Shown in pieces: positions 46,180 through 57,743 of a stretch of DNA of 64,000 nucleotides. The notes below the pieces were generated by a model, which was not told the origin of the DNA, searched no databases, and saw nothing but the letters and a program-made list of their open reading frames with translations. How positions within the stretch are numbered: the stretch's first letter is position 1; the number at the start of each line of letters is the position of its first letter. The DNA is from Trypethelium eluteriae (Eukaryota): contig JAVECL010000001.1 of assembly GCA_051942245.1 (NCBI GenBank), positions 62,001 to 126,000 on the forward strand, written 5' to 3'. The translations under genes were made by a program, and so were the position numbers.

Positions 46180-47328
46180 TGCATCCGAGACTCGAGGCGT
46201 TTGAGTGTCACCGAGAGCACGAGACTGAACGGTGCTGTCACTCCCTGGTAAGAATCAGCAGGACGGTAGCTGATCTTGGAAGACGTCGTGCAGTGCTGGT
46301 GCTCTCAGTCTGAGATCCTAAATCGAGCAGATCTGAGAGCGTAAGATTGCTACGGTCATTTGAATCCTAAACGTATCCAATATGTTGCCCAAGGGAGAAA
46401 GCAAAGGAGGGGCGATTGCGGTGTAGATATATGAGGAACCGGCGAACCAGTAATGTACTCAGTACTTCGGACCGTGCCATGCCTGCCGTGGGATCCAAAA
46501 TACTCCGTATAGTGGCCGAAGGACGTGGGTGGTGGGTCACAAGGTAAAAGAGGATTTGCGGTAGAGTAAGCACTAGATCCACCGCTGGTTCCGGACAGGT
46601 CTTTCAGAAAGCGACATAGAAATTTTGCTATGCGTAACGTGCCAGACTGGATTCCCACGTTTGGGGATGTTGTGTATATAATTTGAAGCATCACTATTTG
46701 ACCAATAGTATTCTTAAATTTAGGTTAACAGCTCCAGATCCTTTTGATGAAGATGCTCCGATATCCTTGTGGTAGGTGGTCGGGATATCCTGAATGCATA
46801 AACAGGGTTCGTCTCAGTTCTTGTAGACGAAGTATCTGGTAAGAAGAAAGAAAGCAGCAGATCACGACGTGGTTGATAGATCTTGGTAGCTTGGCCAACG
46901 GGGCTTCTCAAAAAGTCGACAAAGGGTTCGGCATGTTTGGCTCTGCACTTAGGTAACTGGTTTGGATTACACAGCTCGGCCGGAATAGTGTCTAGAGCGG
47001 GTCGACATTCCTTGATCTTATCTAATTGCTTTCTTCCATCCTACTGTTCGCTTGTGAACTCGACCGTCACGAGCCTAGCCAGCATATACTTGCCAGGTAG
47101 GAGGCGCCTTAGATAGTCCAAATTTCTTCGGAACTTTGAATCATCAGGTACAGATCGGTGTCAGTATCCATACTTTGCCTAGATTTGAAAGATTGGACCC
47201 GAATGAGTCCATCTGGAGGTGAGTCCTCCGTACCTAGGTACCTAGGCATTATTCATGAATTGCCCACCGACTTTGTACACAGGCACGACAGGGTCTTGTA
47301 CAAGATATAGAGTCACGTGATATTGCGG

Positions 47329-47368
47329 ACGCGCTGGGTCCCGACGCGTCTTTAGATGCAACAACGCG
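47329..47368. promoter_or_regulatory. Cluster of MCB-like ACGCG motifs upstream of MMS22
   Basis: ACGCG 47329-33, ACGCGT 47344-49 and ACGCG 47364-68, all within 140 bp of the ATG. TCACGTGA at 47313-20. Confidence 0.55.
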
Positions 47369-47466
47369 GTACCAGAGACCCGTCTTTCCCGTTCAACTGC
47401 CATCACTCTCGCGCTCGAGCTTTTCACGATCTCATCTAGCACATAACGCCATGTTCGGCCGTCATC

Positions 47467-50400
47467 ATGGCAGATTGGCGCACCAAAGGTGTGGTAGAGG
47501 ATTCAGAGGAAGAAGAAGATCTCATCAACAGTGAATCTCAATTAAGAGTCGAGGAAGACGCAGATGCGTGTACAAATTCTCAAAGGACTGGACACAAAAG
47601 CAAGCTGCATTCAAAAACTCCGCAGGATCGGGACCATGGCTTCAGTGAAGAGCAGGGCTATTTTGAGCAGGCTAGTTCCCTGATGAAGACGCACATGAAA
47701 ACTTCACAACCAGCTCCAGTGGCCAGATCCCAGGATGGTTCCAGCGAAAAGTCAACTTCTCCAACTGGCATCTTCGAACATGAACTACCAGACATACAAC
47801 CGTTCGAAGATGATCAAGTGGAGCTCGGGTCGGAGCATATAGTCACTCCCGTTTGGAGTGCAGCGAGTTCACCTCTGAGCGATGTTCCTTCTATACTGGA
47901 GGATCCGCCCATATTCATCTCAGACCAGCACATGCAGCAAGAAGACAAAGACATGGTACACAATAGTGGTGACACAAATGCTTGGCTCAAACATCGGCAG
48001 ACACCCGCACAGTGTGAAGAGCCACGGCAGTTCATTGATGTAGATTGCCTCCATCCCCAACATTTTGCTATCGAGCTCTCTCGTCATCGCAGCTTTCGGA
48101 AGAGAAACCCTATCCAGCTTCATCCGTACCTCTTGGAGGGAGAGCGGTATCGCAAGACAATGAGAGCAAGAGGTGTTCGACCTGTGCATCTTGCAAATCC
48201 CGCAGCCGAGCGAGAGGCTTCCGCACAGGAGAGTGACAATGATCAAGATAACCATTTTTCGTTGGGTCAGAATAGCTCCTCACCGCCGCGTTTCGTCCAA
48301 ACTGCTTCTGACTCACCAGTCCGAGACTATTCTCCAAACAGCTTTTCCAAACCTCAAGACGCCACTTGTGCGCAGCTACTGCCCGATAGTGACGACGATC
48401 TACCCGACTTGAACGCTATCCTTCATAGGGGAGCTCCTTTAGTAGTTCAGCGCGACCAAAAGCGTCGCAAACTTTCCCATGTCTCTATCCCAGGCAATGG
48501 AATACGGCCACGGCGCCCTACAACAGAGAACATTCTTCTGCCACCCTCTCCTCCTACTTCTGGCCGAGAACCTATCCCAGACCCATCAGAATCTACCATC
48601 TCTGGCTTCCGGCTTCCGCCAGGTATGGCGTCCCTGGCTACAATAACGCCGGCGCAATCTTCGCAGATAGGTCAACCCCTTAATAGAACTTTAAGCTCTG
48701 GAGCAGAATCGAACGCGTATGTCGCCTCCTCCAAAGGATTTTCATCTTCACGAAGACATAGGCAGATCGTCATCTCTTCAGAGTCGTCTGGTTCGAACTC
48801 CGACTTTTCTTCAAGCGATTCGGGAAATGTGCAGCGCTTTCAAAAGAGAATCAAAGGGGTTTTGCCAGCTTCCTGGCTCAAGCTTGACAGACAATCACGT
48901 TTGGCTCGTGGGCCCCAGAGTAATCGAGGAAATCGTCAACCTCCAAGCCCTTTACGTACTGCTGAACCTCAGCGTGGTGTCGCTCGCAAACGTATCACGA
49001 ACGTGAGGAGAACTCTTTCACCGCAAAAGACTACACCCAGCACATCAAGGACCGGAGTTACTTTCGAAATGCCGGATGATGTCGATCAATTGATTGATGG
49101 TAAAGTAGACGAAGAGGATATTACTCAACAAAGGTCACCAGATACCAGAGGTACCCCAATACTCGCCATATTCGAGGATGACCCAGACACCTCTGACATG
49201 GAAACATCTTGTGTAGACCCAATGCTATCAAGTGCTACTCTGCGACGAAAAAACTCTACCAACAGAAGCGGAAAGAGACAGAAAAAACTGACAGAATTTC
49301 GACGATGCAAAGAATTCAGGAAGGACAGCAAATCAGGCGGCCAAGCATCGAGCATAAATTACATGAAAGCCAAGGAGGGGCATAATAGAAAGCAAAGAAA
49401 TCTCAGCAGCAAAAGACTCAATACAAACGAACTTCCGAGGTTGAGTGTCATCGATATCCAGTCACGACCAAACAAGACTACATCGGGAACGCCACAGTTC
49501 ATCCGAATTGCAGCTCGACAAGCCCGACAGAGGATTGATCACGGCAGACACAGCGCTAGAGGAAAGTACATCAAGCTGCATACAATGCGAAACACAGAGG
49601 ACGCCAACGAAGTCTTGCGCGCTTGGCGCGCTGGAACAATAGCTCCAAATGAGGACGACAGCCTACCAACCTCGGCACTCCACCGTCGACCTCTGCAACC
49701 AAAACAATCCAATCAACAAAGGACAAAGATATCGCCAGCTAAGCGTGGTCAGGAAGACGCTACTATGGCTGACACGGCGAGAGTCCGCAGCTCGAATGCA
49801 AAAATGAGTTCTGTTGCCAGACAAAGCACTTCCAATCCTCGGCAAATATCCCGGTTGACGGAAGCTTTAAAGTCCGCAGGGCAGCAATCTTCCGTCAAAA
49901 AGGTTCAGCGGTTTCGTTTATCACACCACGCCAAAGATCATCATCCGCCCACGAGAGCTGCTCAGCTAGAAGCGCTTGAGGTAGCTTATGAAACTGCCTA
50001 CCCTGAAATCGCTTTTCGAAGAAAACTTTCACGACTGGATCACTCGGGTTCCTTCTCCCATATTGCCGAGCCTACGGCCACTCCCCAGCTTCAGCCGCCA
50101 TCTGGGAGGCGGCGGAAGGACAAAGGTCCCACCCGCATTGATGTTGAGACAAGGCCATATCGTCAGCCAATCGAACCGCTTCCAACTAGAGATACAACGG
50201 TCATTACCCCAAACATTGTTGTCGCCACAGGTCAGTGTCCACTTCAAGGTCTTGGACCATACGGAACTCACTACGCCACCAGCTTCGACGTGTTCCCCCT
50301 GCAAGTTGGAACATACTTCCATCAAAGTACATTCGTCGGAAGCGGCGCTTTTTCCGAGGCGCTCAATTTCACGCATCCGGGCCTAGATGATCCCGCCGTC

Positions 50401-53400
50401 GCAACCGCTATCTCTTGTGATGAGGATCAATCGATGTGGTCTTATTGGGAGAGCAAACTTGAATCGGAACTGGAGACGATTGTGGCTCATTTAGCAGAGG
50501 GCAGACCTCCAAGTTCAGACTCTCTACAAAACGCCGCGACTCAGTCTTCGCAAAATTTGTCAAATATCATCCGCTCGTTATCAAGGTCGCTTTTCTTCCT
50601 TGGCCCCATTGATCGTGGCTCGTGTCTATCCAAGACATTGTATCTCTTCAAGACTCTTTGGACAAATGTCATGGTCGACATAGGCCTATACTCTCAGGAG
50701 CAGCCTTTCCACTCACCCATCTACTCGTCCTTTATTGAAATCTTAATACGAATTATTGTCCTTGTCAACCAGGTCCTGCAAATATCAAACCATTCCGAAG
50801 TTGATGATAAGCTTCAAGAAGAGTGTGAATTGCTCTTTGTCGATTCGTGCCGCTCATTGTTGCACCTACTATTATCAAAGGGACTGGGTTCCCTACGGAG
50901 CTTTCAGGAACGAAATAGACGACATGCGTTGCGCGAGGCCGGTATACGGCAGGAAGATATCGCGGTGGAATGCGTCGTTGTCCTCAAACACGTACTTGGA
51001 GTGGCATTTCCGGAAAAGCCAATGTTTTGGGAGCTTGTGAACGAACACTACATGTCGCAAGTCAATAGTACTACTGATGCCCGTGTCTTCGATTGTATCT
51101 GGTACGATGTATTCACTCTTTTGCCGTTTTTAGAACTTGATAGGGACGGCCTCCTTCTGGTAGGATCGAGATACCAGTCGTCTATGGAGGACTGGTCTCT
51201 GATTAAAGCGATGCTAAAAAAGCTATGTCCTTTGGTGAAAGATGGCGAGCGAAGTCCAGGCTCTACGATCAATGCCTACTTCCGAGCGACACTGACCAGA
51301 TGCTTCAATCTCGTGCAATCGTGGGGCTGGTCCAAATGCGACACCGTCCTCGGTACCTTTTTCGACTTCTTTGCGCAGAATAGGCTGGGTTCACTGCACA
51401 AGGAGCAGAGCAATGGTTCTCCGCTCTTTCTTGAGCAGCTTGACCAAGAACTGGAATTATCTTTGCAGCCGGGGGAGTCATCCTTTCACATCTTTCTAAA
51501 GATGCTCGCTCTAGGTCTTCAACGACTACGGACAGTACACACTGAGACAAAACTGCGGAGTATAGTGTGGCGTTTCATTCCAAACCATGGTCGAACTCAT
51601 CGAAAAGAGGATGAATTGCATCAAGGGCACCTAGATGCATTGAGAAATCATCACGATATCCTCTGTACCCTGTACTGGGCGGTCCCTCCGCCTTGTCGGC
51701 CGCGTCTTGACCTAATTCGCAATCTAGTGGATCATGCCCAGTCCCATAGGGAAGCCTGCCGCTTGAATGTACGAAGCTGGTCCAACCTTGTTAGGTTCCT
51801 GGTCTCGAACGATGAACCTACTTCAACTTTAGAATCATTTGCACTTTGGCATCATGATATTGTTCAAGCCAACCTGGATCAATATCGCCTTGCCCGCAAC
51901 GAGGCAGAAGCGCATTATCAGCAAGCAAACTTCACTAGAAAAGACACCATCTCCGGTAATCTTCTTGAATCGACCATCGCAACCAATCAGCGACAGGTTG
52001 TAGCCATCATCAGAGATGCGTTGTTTTCCATGGCTTCTGCTGAGCGAAGTGCGAAGAAGACCGACGCTGCGGAGAGCTTGTTGAAAGGATCTTCAGTGCT
52101 AAAGCTGCTCAATACCGCTTCTTTCAAATCAATAGATCGTGCCCTCTATCCGATTATATCTGACTCTTTGGATATCGTTTCGATATATATTGACTGCCAC
52201 CAGGTTGAAGGGAGGCCCTGTACTCAGCAAGCATCCGAGGAAAGCCAAGAGTACGGCGATTGGTCTGGATTCGAAGCCGTCGACTTTGAAGGGATTACCT
52301 TCCAGCAGTCTCGATTGACTTTCCTCTTCGACACTCTCAAGAACCTGGTTTCCAATGCCTTTGGTTCTGAAGATCCGCCCGAAGATTTATTGTTGGTTAA
52401 AATTATTGATGTTTGGGTGAGTTTGGCGAACATTCTTATGCGTCAAGGGTTCAAGGATTGGAGCTCTTATTTTGGACCCTATGGCTCATGGAGTCAAATG
52501 AGGGAGACCAAGCAGAAGCGCAAGTATACGCCATATTTCCTTGCCCAAATTGTACAAAACAACCCGGTGTGTCTTCTAGAGAACGCTACTGCTATCAAAG
52601 TCTGTTGGGTAGACACTCTGGTTGAGCGTGAGTCGAAATTCGACTACCAAAGTCGTTTGACGGCCGCTCTGCTCCATGTCGATAAGGATGACCCTCTCCT
52701 GAATAATTTGCCATTCGTAGCACGACCGGACGGAACGTACGACATCACGTTGGCAGAGTTTAGGGAGAGACGGTTAAGCACCATTGCTGCACTGCTTTGG
52801 AATGTGAGGAGAGTATTTGAGAATTCCTCCGATGCTGTCGGTGATCTAGTCGCTAATCGACCTGACTGCACCTTGCTTCTACACCGTTTACAATCCTCTA
52901 TGAAAAGGAACTATGAAGAGATGCAGCGGGACTCCACTTCCACGGCCCCATCGTTATCTCTTGAGTTGCCCGAACTACCAGTCGCCGAGGGTGCCTATGT
53001 CACCTTCGTTCACAACGTCGTGTCACTCCTCCAACAGTATACCAACGAATTCTACCCCGTCGACCGCTTCTTTACCGACTCCGCCACCTTCCCCTTGCCT
53101 GTAACCGATCCCTCGTATGTGGTCGGCCGACTCAAAAGCTATTCCCTCCGGCTAAAGACCAGCGACACGCGAACTTTCAAACAGCTCGCCACCTTCGTCC
53201 TCACGACGTCACAGCGAGCCGCAGCAGAGGGGCAGCAGGTGTATCTTGCAAGTCAGATGCGGACGGCAATGAGAGAAGCGTACGAGCATGATGCTGGGGC
53301 GGTCACTCTGAGACGAGTGTTACTGTTGGGTATCTTTCCGGCCTTCATCGAGTGCGGCCTCGATGGCGGCGCTGGCGTTGTCCTCGCTAGGCCAATCTTG

Positions 53401-53997
53401 TGGGCTTCGACGGCGGCATTTGAAGATCTCTTGGAAAAATGCAGCGTGTTTGATCGGAGGAGTGCTGAGGCCGCCATCGATCTTTGCACGACGTTTTTGC
53501 AGGTCTTGGGAAGTAGTGTTCATCAGCGGCTTCTGCGCGGAGCACTTCTACTGGATTCGCATGCTTTGAGTCTCATCACTCTCGTCTATGAGGCCGTGAC
53601 TGTGATTCTGCCGCTTCTAGATTATCTATATCGAGCGACTGGTGCTGCTTATTGTGCATACACCACTGTAGCGTCGATCATATGCATGGCTCGATGGATC
53701 AGAGGGTTGTTGGACGGAGCACTAAATGAAGATGTACCATCTTTTTCGGGACACCCTCAGTTCTCAGACAAATTGTTGAAGGAGATTCATGCTTTCTGCA
53801 GCTCCGAGCTCGGAAAAGCGATTGAGAGGGGATGGAAATTGGACCATGGAACTTTTTGCAGGAGGCCAGGTGCTGGCCCCGTGGTGGTCGCGGAGAGTAG
53901 CTTGATCGAGGATGAGAGGGTCAATCTTTCAAACGTGATCAAAAGTTTTGAGGATGGGATTCGGAAGCCTTCTGGAGGAGACCCAGTCTTTGTATAG
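47467..53997 (+). CDS. MMS22: Mus7/Mms22 family replication-fork repair protein
   Basis: 2176-aa single ORF. Motifs RSFRKRNPIQLHPYLLE, RIKGVLPASWLKLD, FHQSTFVGSG, PNHGR, LRNHHDILCTLYW and SHREAC. Confidence 0.88.
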   Translation: MADWRTKGVVEDSEEEEDLINSESQLRVEEDADACTNSQRTGHKSKLHSKTPQDRDHGFSEEQGYFEQASSLMKTHMKTSQPAPVARSQDGSSEKSTSPTGIFEHELPDIQPFEDDQVELGSEHIVTPVWSAASSPLSDVPSILEDPPIFISDQHMQQEDKDMVHNSGDTNAWLKHRQTPAQCEEPRQFIDVDCLHPQHFAIELSRHRSFRKRNPIQLHPYLLEGERYRKTMRARGVRPVHLANPAAEREASAQESDNDQDNHFSLGQNSSSPPRFVQTASDSPVRDYSPNSFSKPQDATCAQLLPDSDDDLPDLNAILHRGAPLVVQRDQKRRKLSHVSIPGNGIRPRRPTTENILLPPSPPTSGREPIPDPSESTISGFRLPPGMASLATITPAQSSQIGQPLNRTLSSGAESNAYVASSKGFSSSRRHRQIVISSESSGSNSDFSSSDSGNVQRFQKRIKGVLPASWLKLDRQSRLARGPQSNRGNRQPPSPLRTAEPQRGVARKRITNVRRTLSPQKTTPSTSRTGVTFEMPDDVDQLIDGKVDEEDITQQRSPDTRGTPILAIFEDDPDTSDMETSCVDPMLSSATLRRKNSTNRSGKRQKKLTEFRRCKEFRKDSKSGGQASSINYMKAKEGHNRKQRNLSSKRLNTNELPRLSVIDIQSRPNKTTSGTPQFIRIAARQARQRIDHGRHSARGKYIKLHTMRNTEDANEVLRAWRAGTIAPNEDDSLPTSALHRRPLQPKQSNQQRTKISPAKRGQEDATMADTARVRSSNAKMSSVARQSTSNPRQISRLTEALKSAGQQSSVKKVQRFRLSHHAKDHHPPTRAAQLEALEVAYETAYPEIAFRRKLSRLDHSGSFSHIAEPTATPQLQPPSGRRRKDKGPTRIDVETRPYRQPIEPLPTRDTTVITPNIVVATGQCPLQGLGPYGTHYATSFDVFPLQVGTYFHQSTFVGSGAFSEALNFTHPGLDDPAVATAISCDEDQSMWSYWESKLESELETIVAHLAEGRPPSSDSLQNAATQSSQNLSNIIRSLSRSLFFLGPIDRGSCLSKTLYLFKTLWTNVMVDIGLYSQEQPFHSPIYSSFIEILIRIIVLVNQVLQISNHSEVDDKLQEECELLFVDSCRSLLHLLLSKGLGSLRSFQERNRRHALREAGIRQEDIAVECVVVLKHVLGVAFPEKPMFWELVNEHYMSQVNSTTDARVFDCIWYDVFTLLPFLELDRDGLLLVGSRYQSSMEDWSLIKAMLKKLCPLVKDGERSPGSTINAYFRATLTRCFNLVQSWGWSKCDTVLGTFFDFFAQNRLGSLHKEQSNGSPLFLEQLDQELELSLQPGESSFHIFLKMLALGLQRLRTVHTETKLRSIVWRFIPNHGRTHRKEDELHQGHLDALRNHHDILCTLYWAVPPPCRPRLDLIRNLVDHAQSHREACRLNVRSWSNLVRFLVSNDEPTSTLESFALWHHDIVQANLDQYRLARNEAEAHYQQANFTRKDTISGNLLESTIATNQRQVVAIIRDALFSMASAERSAKKTDAAESLLKGSSVLKLLNTASFKSIDRALYPIISDSLDIVSIYIDCHQVEGRPCTQQASEESQEYGDWSGFEAVDFEGITFQQSRLTFLFDTLKNLVSNAFGSEDPPEDLLLVKIIDVWVSLANILMRQGFKDWSSYFGPYGSWSQMRETKQKRKYTPYFLAQIVQNNPVCLLENATAIKVCWVDTLVERESKFDYQSRLTAALLHVDKDDPLLNNLPFVARPDGTYDITLAEFRERRLSTIAALLWNVRRVFENSSDAVGDLVANRPDCTLLLHRLQSSMKRNYEEMQRDSTSTAPSLSLELPELPVAEGAYVTFVHNVVSLLQQYTNEFYPVDRFFTDSATFPLPVTDPSYVVGRLKSYSLRLKTSDTRTFKQLATFVLTTSQRAAAEGQQVYLASQMRTAMREAYEHDAGAVTLRRVLLLGIFPAFIECGLDGGAGVVLARPILWASTAAFEDLLEKCSVFDRRSAEAAIDLCTTFLQVLGSSVHQRLLRGALLLDSHALSLITLVYEAVTVILPLLDYLYRATGAAYCAYTTVASIICMARWIRGLLDGALNEDVPSFSGHPQFSDKLLKEIHAFCSSELGKAIERGWKLDHGTFCRRPGAGPVVVAESSLIEDERVNLSNVIKSFEDGIRKPSGGDPVFV

Positions 53998-54181
53998 ATC
54001 ATCTCTGTCATTGATTCATGTACGCTGAAATACTCGGAGCCCCATTCTGTACACGCGGCGCGGTCATGCGGCGACGATATGCAACAAGTGATTCTAACCG
54101 TGTTAGAGGCGATCGCCGCTCTGGTCTGTCGCCATTGCCTCGTTAGCCATTGTTTGATCGGAGGTTATATCCTAGTCAAGC

Positions 54182-54976
54182 CTACCTCGGTACCTTTTCA
54201 CGTTTTTTCAGCCATTTGATAATTCGGCGCCGCATGGCCGGATTTTGGACTGTATACACTTCGAGTGGAACGTGTCGACGATTCCCCAGAATCCGAAAAT
54301 TTTCAATGAGAGCTGCCCCAATAGGAAATGCCAATCCCTCTGTCAGCTGCAAATACCCCTTGATTTGTTTGATGAGCTCTTTCTTCCGCTCATACCAAAT
54401 CGTGTCACGTTCCGGTCGTAGCTTCACTACTTCACGAAGGTCCCCCGCCAATTTCATCTTGATGATCGCGCTTCGCGGCGTCAGATACAGTTTCTTCCTT
54501 GGAGTGTGAGTGACCAGTAGGTCACTGTAATTCAGATGCTCAGAATCCCGGCGAGCGAGCGCCGCAATCTCCGTATACACCATCAGTGCTGGGTCGCCGA
54601 ACCTCGAAATCCGCCATCGTACGGTGCGCTCAAGCAGCCCCAGACCTCGACAGGAGGCCGTGATCGATTCGGAGAGCCTACGCAAACTGACAGTAGGCGA
54701 CATACGGAACTGAGGGTTGTTGGCGTCGGCAAGGGTGCCATCACGAAGATTGCCGGTTTCGGCTCCATGCTCATAGGTGTAGGGGACGAGGCGCCCAAGA
54801 GCGTTGAAGAGTGGTAGGGCGGGGAGTTCGCAATACCAGGCGCGAGTTCTAGGGGGGTAAATAAGGTCGTGGTAGAGGTACCAAATCAGAAAATGGCTAA
54901 GGACCGTGGTGTCTATGGTGGTAATGCGGCTGAGAGCTGCCCGGTCAAGGTGATGAGGGCCAGGGGCATTCTGCAT
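54182..54976 (-). CDS. Hypothetical basic protein, 264 aa
   Basis: Uninterrupted 795-nt ORF starting at ATG, in an otherwise empty interval between MMS22 and MGS1. No family recognised. Confidence 0.5.
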   Translation of the reverse strand: MQNAPGPHHLDRAALSRITTIDTTVLSHFLIWYLYHDLIYPPRTRAWYCELPALPLFNALGRLVPYTYEHGAETGNLRDGTLADANNPQFRMSPTVSLRRLSESITASCRGLGLLERTVRWRISRFGDPALMVYTEIAALARRDSEHLNYSDLLVTHTPRKKLYLTPRSAIIKMKLAGDLREVVKLRPERDTIWYERKKELIKQIKGYLQLTEGLAFPIGAALIENFRILGNRRHVPLEVYTVQNPAMRRRIIKWLKKREKVPR

Positions 54977-55965
54977 AATATTATATTAAGGCTGTTTGAG
55001 TGAGTGAATGAGTCAGCAAATGAGTAGAGGACTTGCGGAAGGCTAGCAAAATCGCCGGAAGGTGCCACAGTATTGGCGAAACCGCGACCGTGGACGCCCT
55101 CAACTATCATTCAAGAAATGGGTAATCGTTGCGGCGAGTGGAAGGAAATCTGACGATCCATAGTTGATAAGGAGCAACCCCGGATTGCGGACTTGTACGA
55201 ATAGGCGTGTACTGGGGGAACCATCCATTCCGTTTGTGACAGCAAAGGTAGCGACCAAAATTGTAAAGCTACATTGGCTGCTTGATATCTCATTGGAATT
55301 GATTGCAATTCGAATTGCACTGGCGTCTCCACGGTCCGGTGCTTATCTTTTCTATATATAAGCGGACTGAGCAAGAGTCTTTTGATCCGATAATTCGGAG
55401 ATGAGGATTGGTACTGCAAAATTGCCTAAGATTTTACAATAGCATTTGAAACTAGACCTTGCCCTAAGTGTCATTCCAATTCCATTTTACCCGTTTTGTA
55501 GTTGAGTGACTTGCAAAAGATATAGTGGTCGGCATTGTAAAGCTACCGTACGTTAGCTCTTCAACAACCGATGGGAGTACCTCGAACCTAAAATCATACT
55601 GGGAGCCTCCATCCTCTCACATCGATCCTCTTCACAATTGAGTGAACCAAACTAAGGAGTCATCGTGTCCAATGATGTCCCAAAATATGGGTTTAACCCC
55701 AGAAAAGATACTGCAACTGCCACTTACCGCCAGACACTAATTCCGATTGTCTGAGCCACCAATCATAGTGAAGGCCAAAACAACTTTGGGTGATAGGAAA
55801 ATTGGTCCATTCCCACTGTATAGGTACTCCTTGGCCAGCAAAACCTACATTTACGGCCTCCGGAAGAAGCTACTCGGACTTCTTGCCGAGCATCTCCTTT
55901 TTGAATAAGATAAACTAAAGATCTCACGACCATCACCGACCGGTTTACCAATAGCGGACTGTGCT

Positions 55966-57555
55966 TCATCCATCGTCATAATCTGAATCAATCTCGATAC
56001 CCAAGTGCTGATCCTCCAAGAATTTCCTACCTCTTAGCTGCTTTGGTAAATACTCTTGCTTGACCTTCCCATCGACGTAGTTGGGATTGTACTTGTATTC
56101 CTTTCCGTAGTCAAGCTCCTTCATCAATTTCGTGGGTGCATTCCGTAGATGAATGGGTACAGTCAGTCCAGCAATTCCTGGTTCCCTTAGCGCATCAAAG
56201 GCATTATTAAGCCCACGATACGCTCGCGTGCTCTTTGGTGCCAACGCAAATGCGACTGTCGCGTGAGCAAGATTGATCCGAGCTTCCGGCATCCCGATTT
56301 TCTCGGCCGCAGTGTAGGCTGCAGTAGCAAGAGAAAGCATAGTGTTGTCAGCGAGGCCAATGTCTTCGGACGCAACGACGATGAGGCGGCGAGCGATGTA
56401 AAGTGGATCCTCGCCAGACTGCAGCATACGAGCCAGATAGTAGAGAGCAGCGTCTGGATCGGACCCGCGAATGGACTTATGGAATGCAGAGATAGTGTCG
56501 TAGTGCTGGTCGCCCGCTCTGTCGTAGACCAGCGTCTGTGTCAGAGACTTTTTGACCTCCGCCTTAGTCATACTAGGGCGAGTGGAAAGGTCCATAGCAA
56601 GTTCGAGCAGGTTGAGAGCGGTGCGTGCATCGCCGTCGGCAAACGCCGAGAGATAATGCAGTAGCTCCTCGTCTACAAGTGCGGGAGGATCGCGATTTTC
56701 GAATTCGATGTTGCGTGCCCGGGTCAAAATCGTAATAATGTCCTCCTCGGTGAGCTTCGATAAAGTGAATGTTCTACATCTGGAGAGCAGTGGATTGACA
56801 ACCTTGAAACTCGGGTTCTCCGTGGTCGCACCAATCAGTGTGATGACTCCTGACTCCACAGGGCCAAGAAAGACGTCTTGCTGTGATTTGCTGAAGCGGT
56901 GTATCTCGTCACAGAAGATGATGGTTTTCCGACCTGTCAAGCTAAGCTCGCTCTTTGCCTCAGCGAAGAGCTTTTTGCACTCTTGCACGCCACTGCTGGT
57001 GCTATTGATTTCCACGAATCTCGTGCCTGCCACTTGTGCTATCAGTCGGGCAATCGTAGTCTTGCCAGTTCCTGGGCCTCCCCATAGAACCATGGAAGGA
57101 ACGCGGTCTTGCTCGATTAAGCCTCGAATGACTCCCGTAGATCCCACAAGCTCCTGGCCACAGACTTCATCAAGACTTTTCGGACGCATGCGTTCTGCTA
57201 ATGGCGCTACATTTGGCATCCCACTTGTTTTGCTGCGTTTAGGAGCTGGGCTCAATGAATCATGGTCTCCATTAGCCGGATCATCCTGCTCCTGTACCCT
57301 CTTGGACTTATTGAATAGCGCACGTGGTCCATTTTGCGAATCGAGCGTCTGAAGTTGACCCTTTCCCGTGCCGTATACAGGATTTCTTCGTGCTCCAGGG
57401 GTCTGGAAAAAGCTGGATGCTGGGCTGGAACTCTGTTGCTCTGTTGTCTGCAACTTGCCCTGGGTTGAATCTAGAAATGACTTGCATCCTGAATCCAGAT
57501 GGTTATTGATATCTTTATCCTTGACTTGGCTGCCACATATTGGACATTCCACCAT
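55966..57555 (-). CDS. MGS1: Mgs1/WRNIP1 DNA-dependent AAA+ ATPase with N-terminal UBZ4 zinc finger
   Basis: CPIC..INNHLDSGC, PLAERMRP, GGPGTGKTT, DEIHRF, GATTENPSF, YDTISAFHKSIRGSD and VPIHLRNAPT. Confidence 0.95.
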   Translation of the reverse strand: MVECPICGSQVKDKDINNHLDSGCKSFLDSTQGKLQTTEQQSSSPASSFFQTPGARRNPVYGTGKGQLQTLDSQNGPRALFNKSKRVQEQDDPANGDHDSLSPAPKRSKTSGMPNVAPLAERMRPKSLDEVCGQELVGSTGVIRGLIEQDRVPSMVLWGGPGTGKTTIARLIAQVAGTRFVEINSTSSGVQECKKLFAEAKSELSLTGRKTIIFCDEIHRFSKSQQDVFLGPVESGVITLIGATTENPSFKVVNPLLSRCRTFTLSKLTEEDIITILTRARNIEFENRDPPALVDEELLHYLSAFADGDARTALNLLELAMDLSTRPSMTKAEVKKSLTQTLVYDRAGDQHYDTISAFHKSIRGSDPDAALYYLARMLQSGEDPLYIARRLIVVASEDIGLADNTMLSLATAAYTAAEKIGMPEARINLAHATVAFALAPKSTRAYRGLNNAFDALREPGIAGLTVPIHLRNAPTKLMKELDYGKEYKYNPNYVDGKVKQEYLPKQLRGRKFLEDQHLGIEIDSDYDDG

Positions 57556-57743
57556 GGTGTTATGTGCCTGATTGGACGGGCATGGCGCGTCGTCAAAAGA
57601 CGCGATGTTTGGAGAGAGTTGAGAAGGAAGGTCTGCCGAAAGACGTCATTACCTACCTACCTTAGGTAATTAGGTACCGTACATTCAAAAGCATCTCGTG
57701 CTTAATTATCATACATGAGTGTCCGGAGGAGAACCCCCGTATA

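Noticed and set aside
56263..57352. Long antisense ORFs within MGS1 (similar ones in UTP7, hxA and MRPL24)
   Set aside because: Shadow ORFs expected opposite conserved coding sequence.
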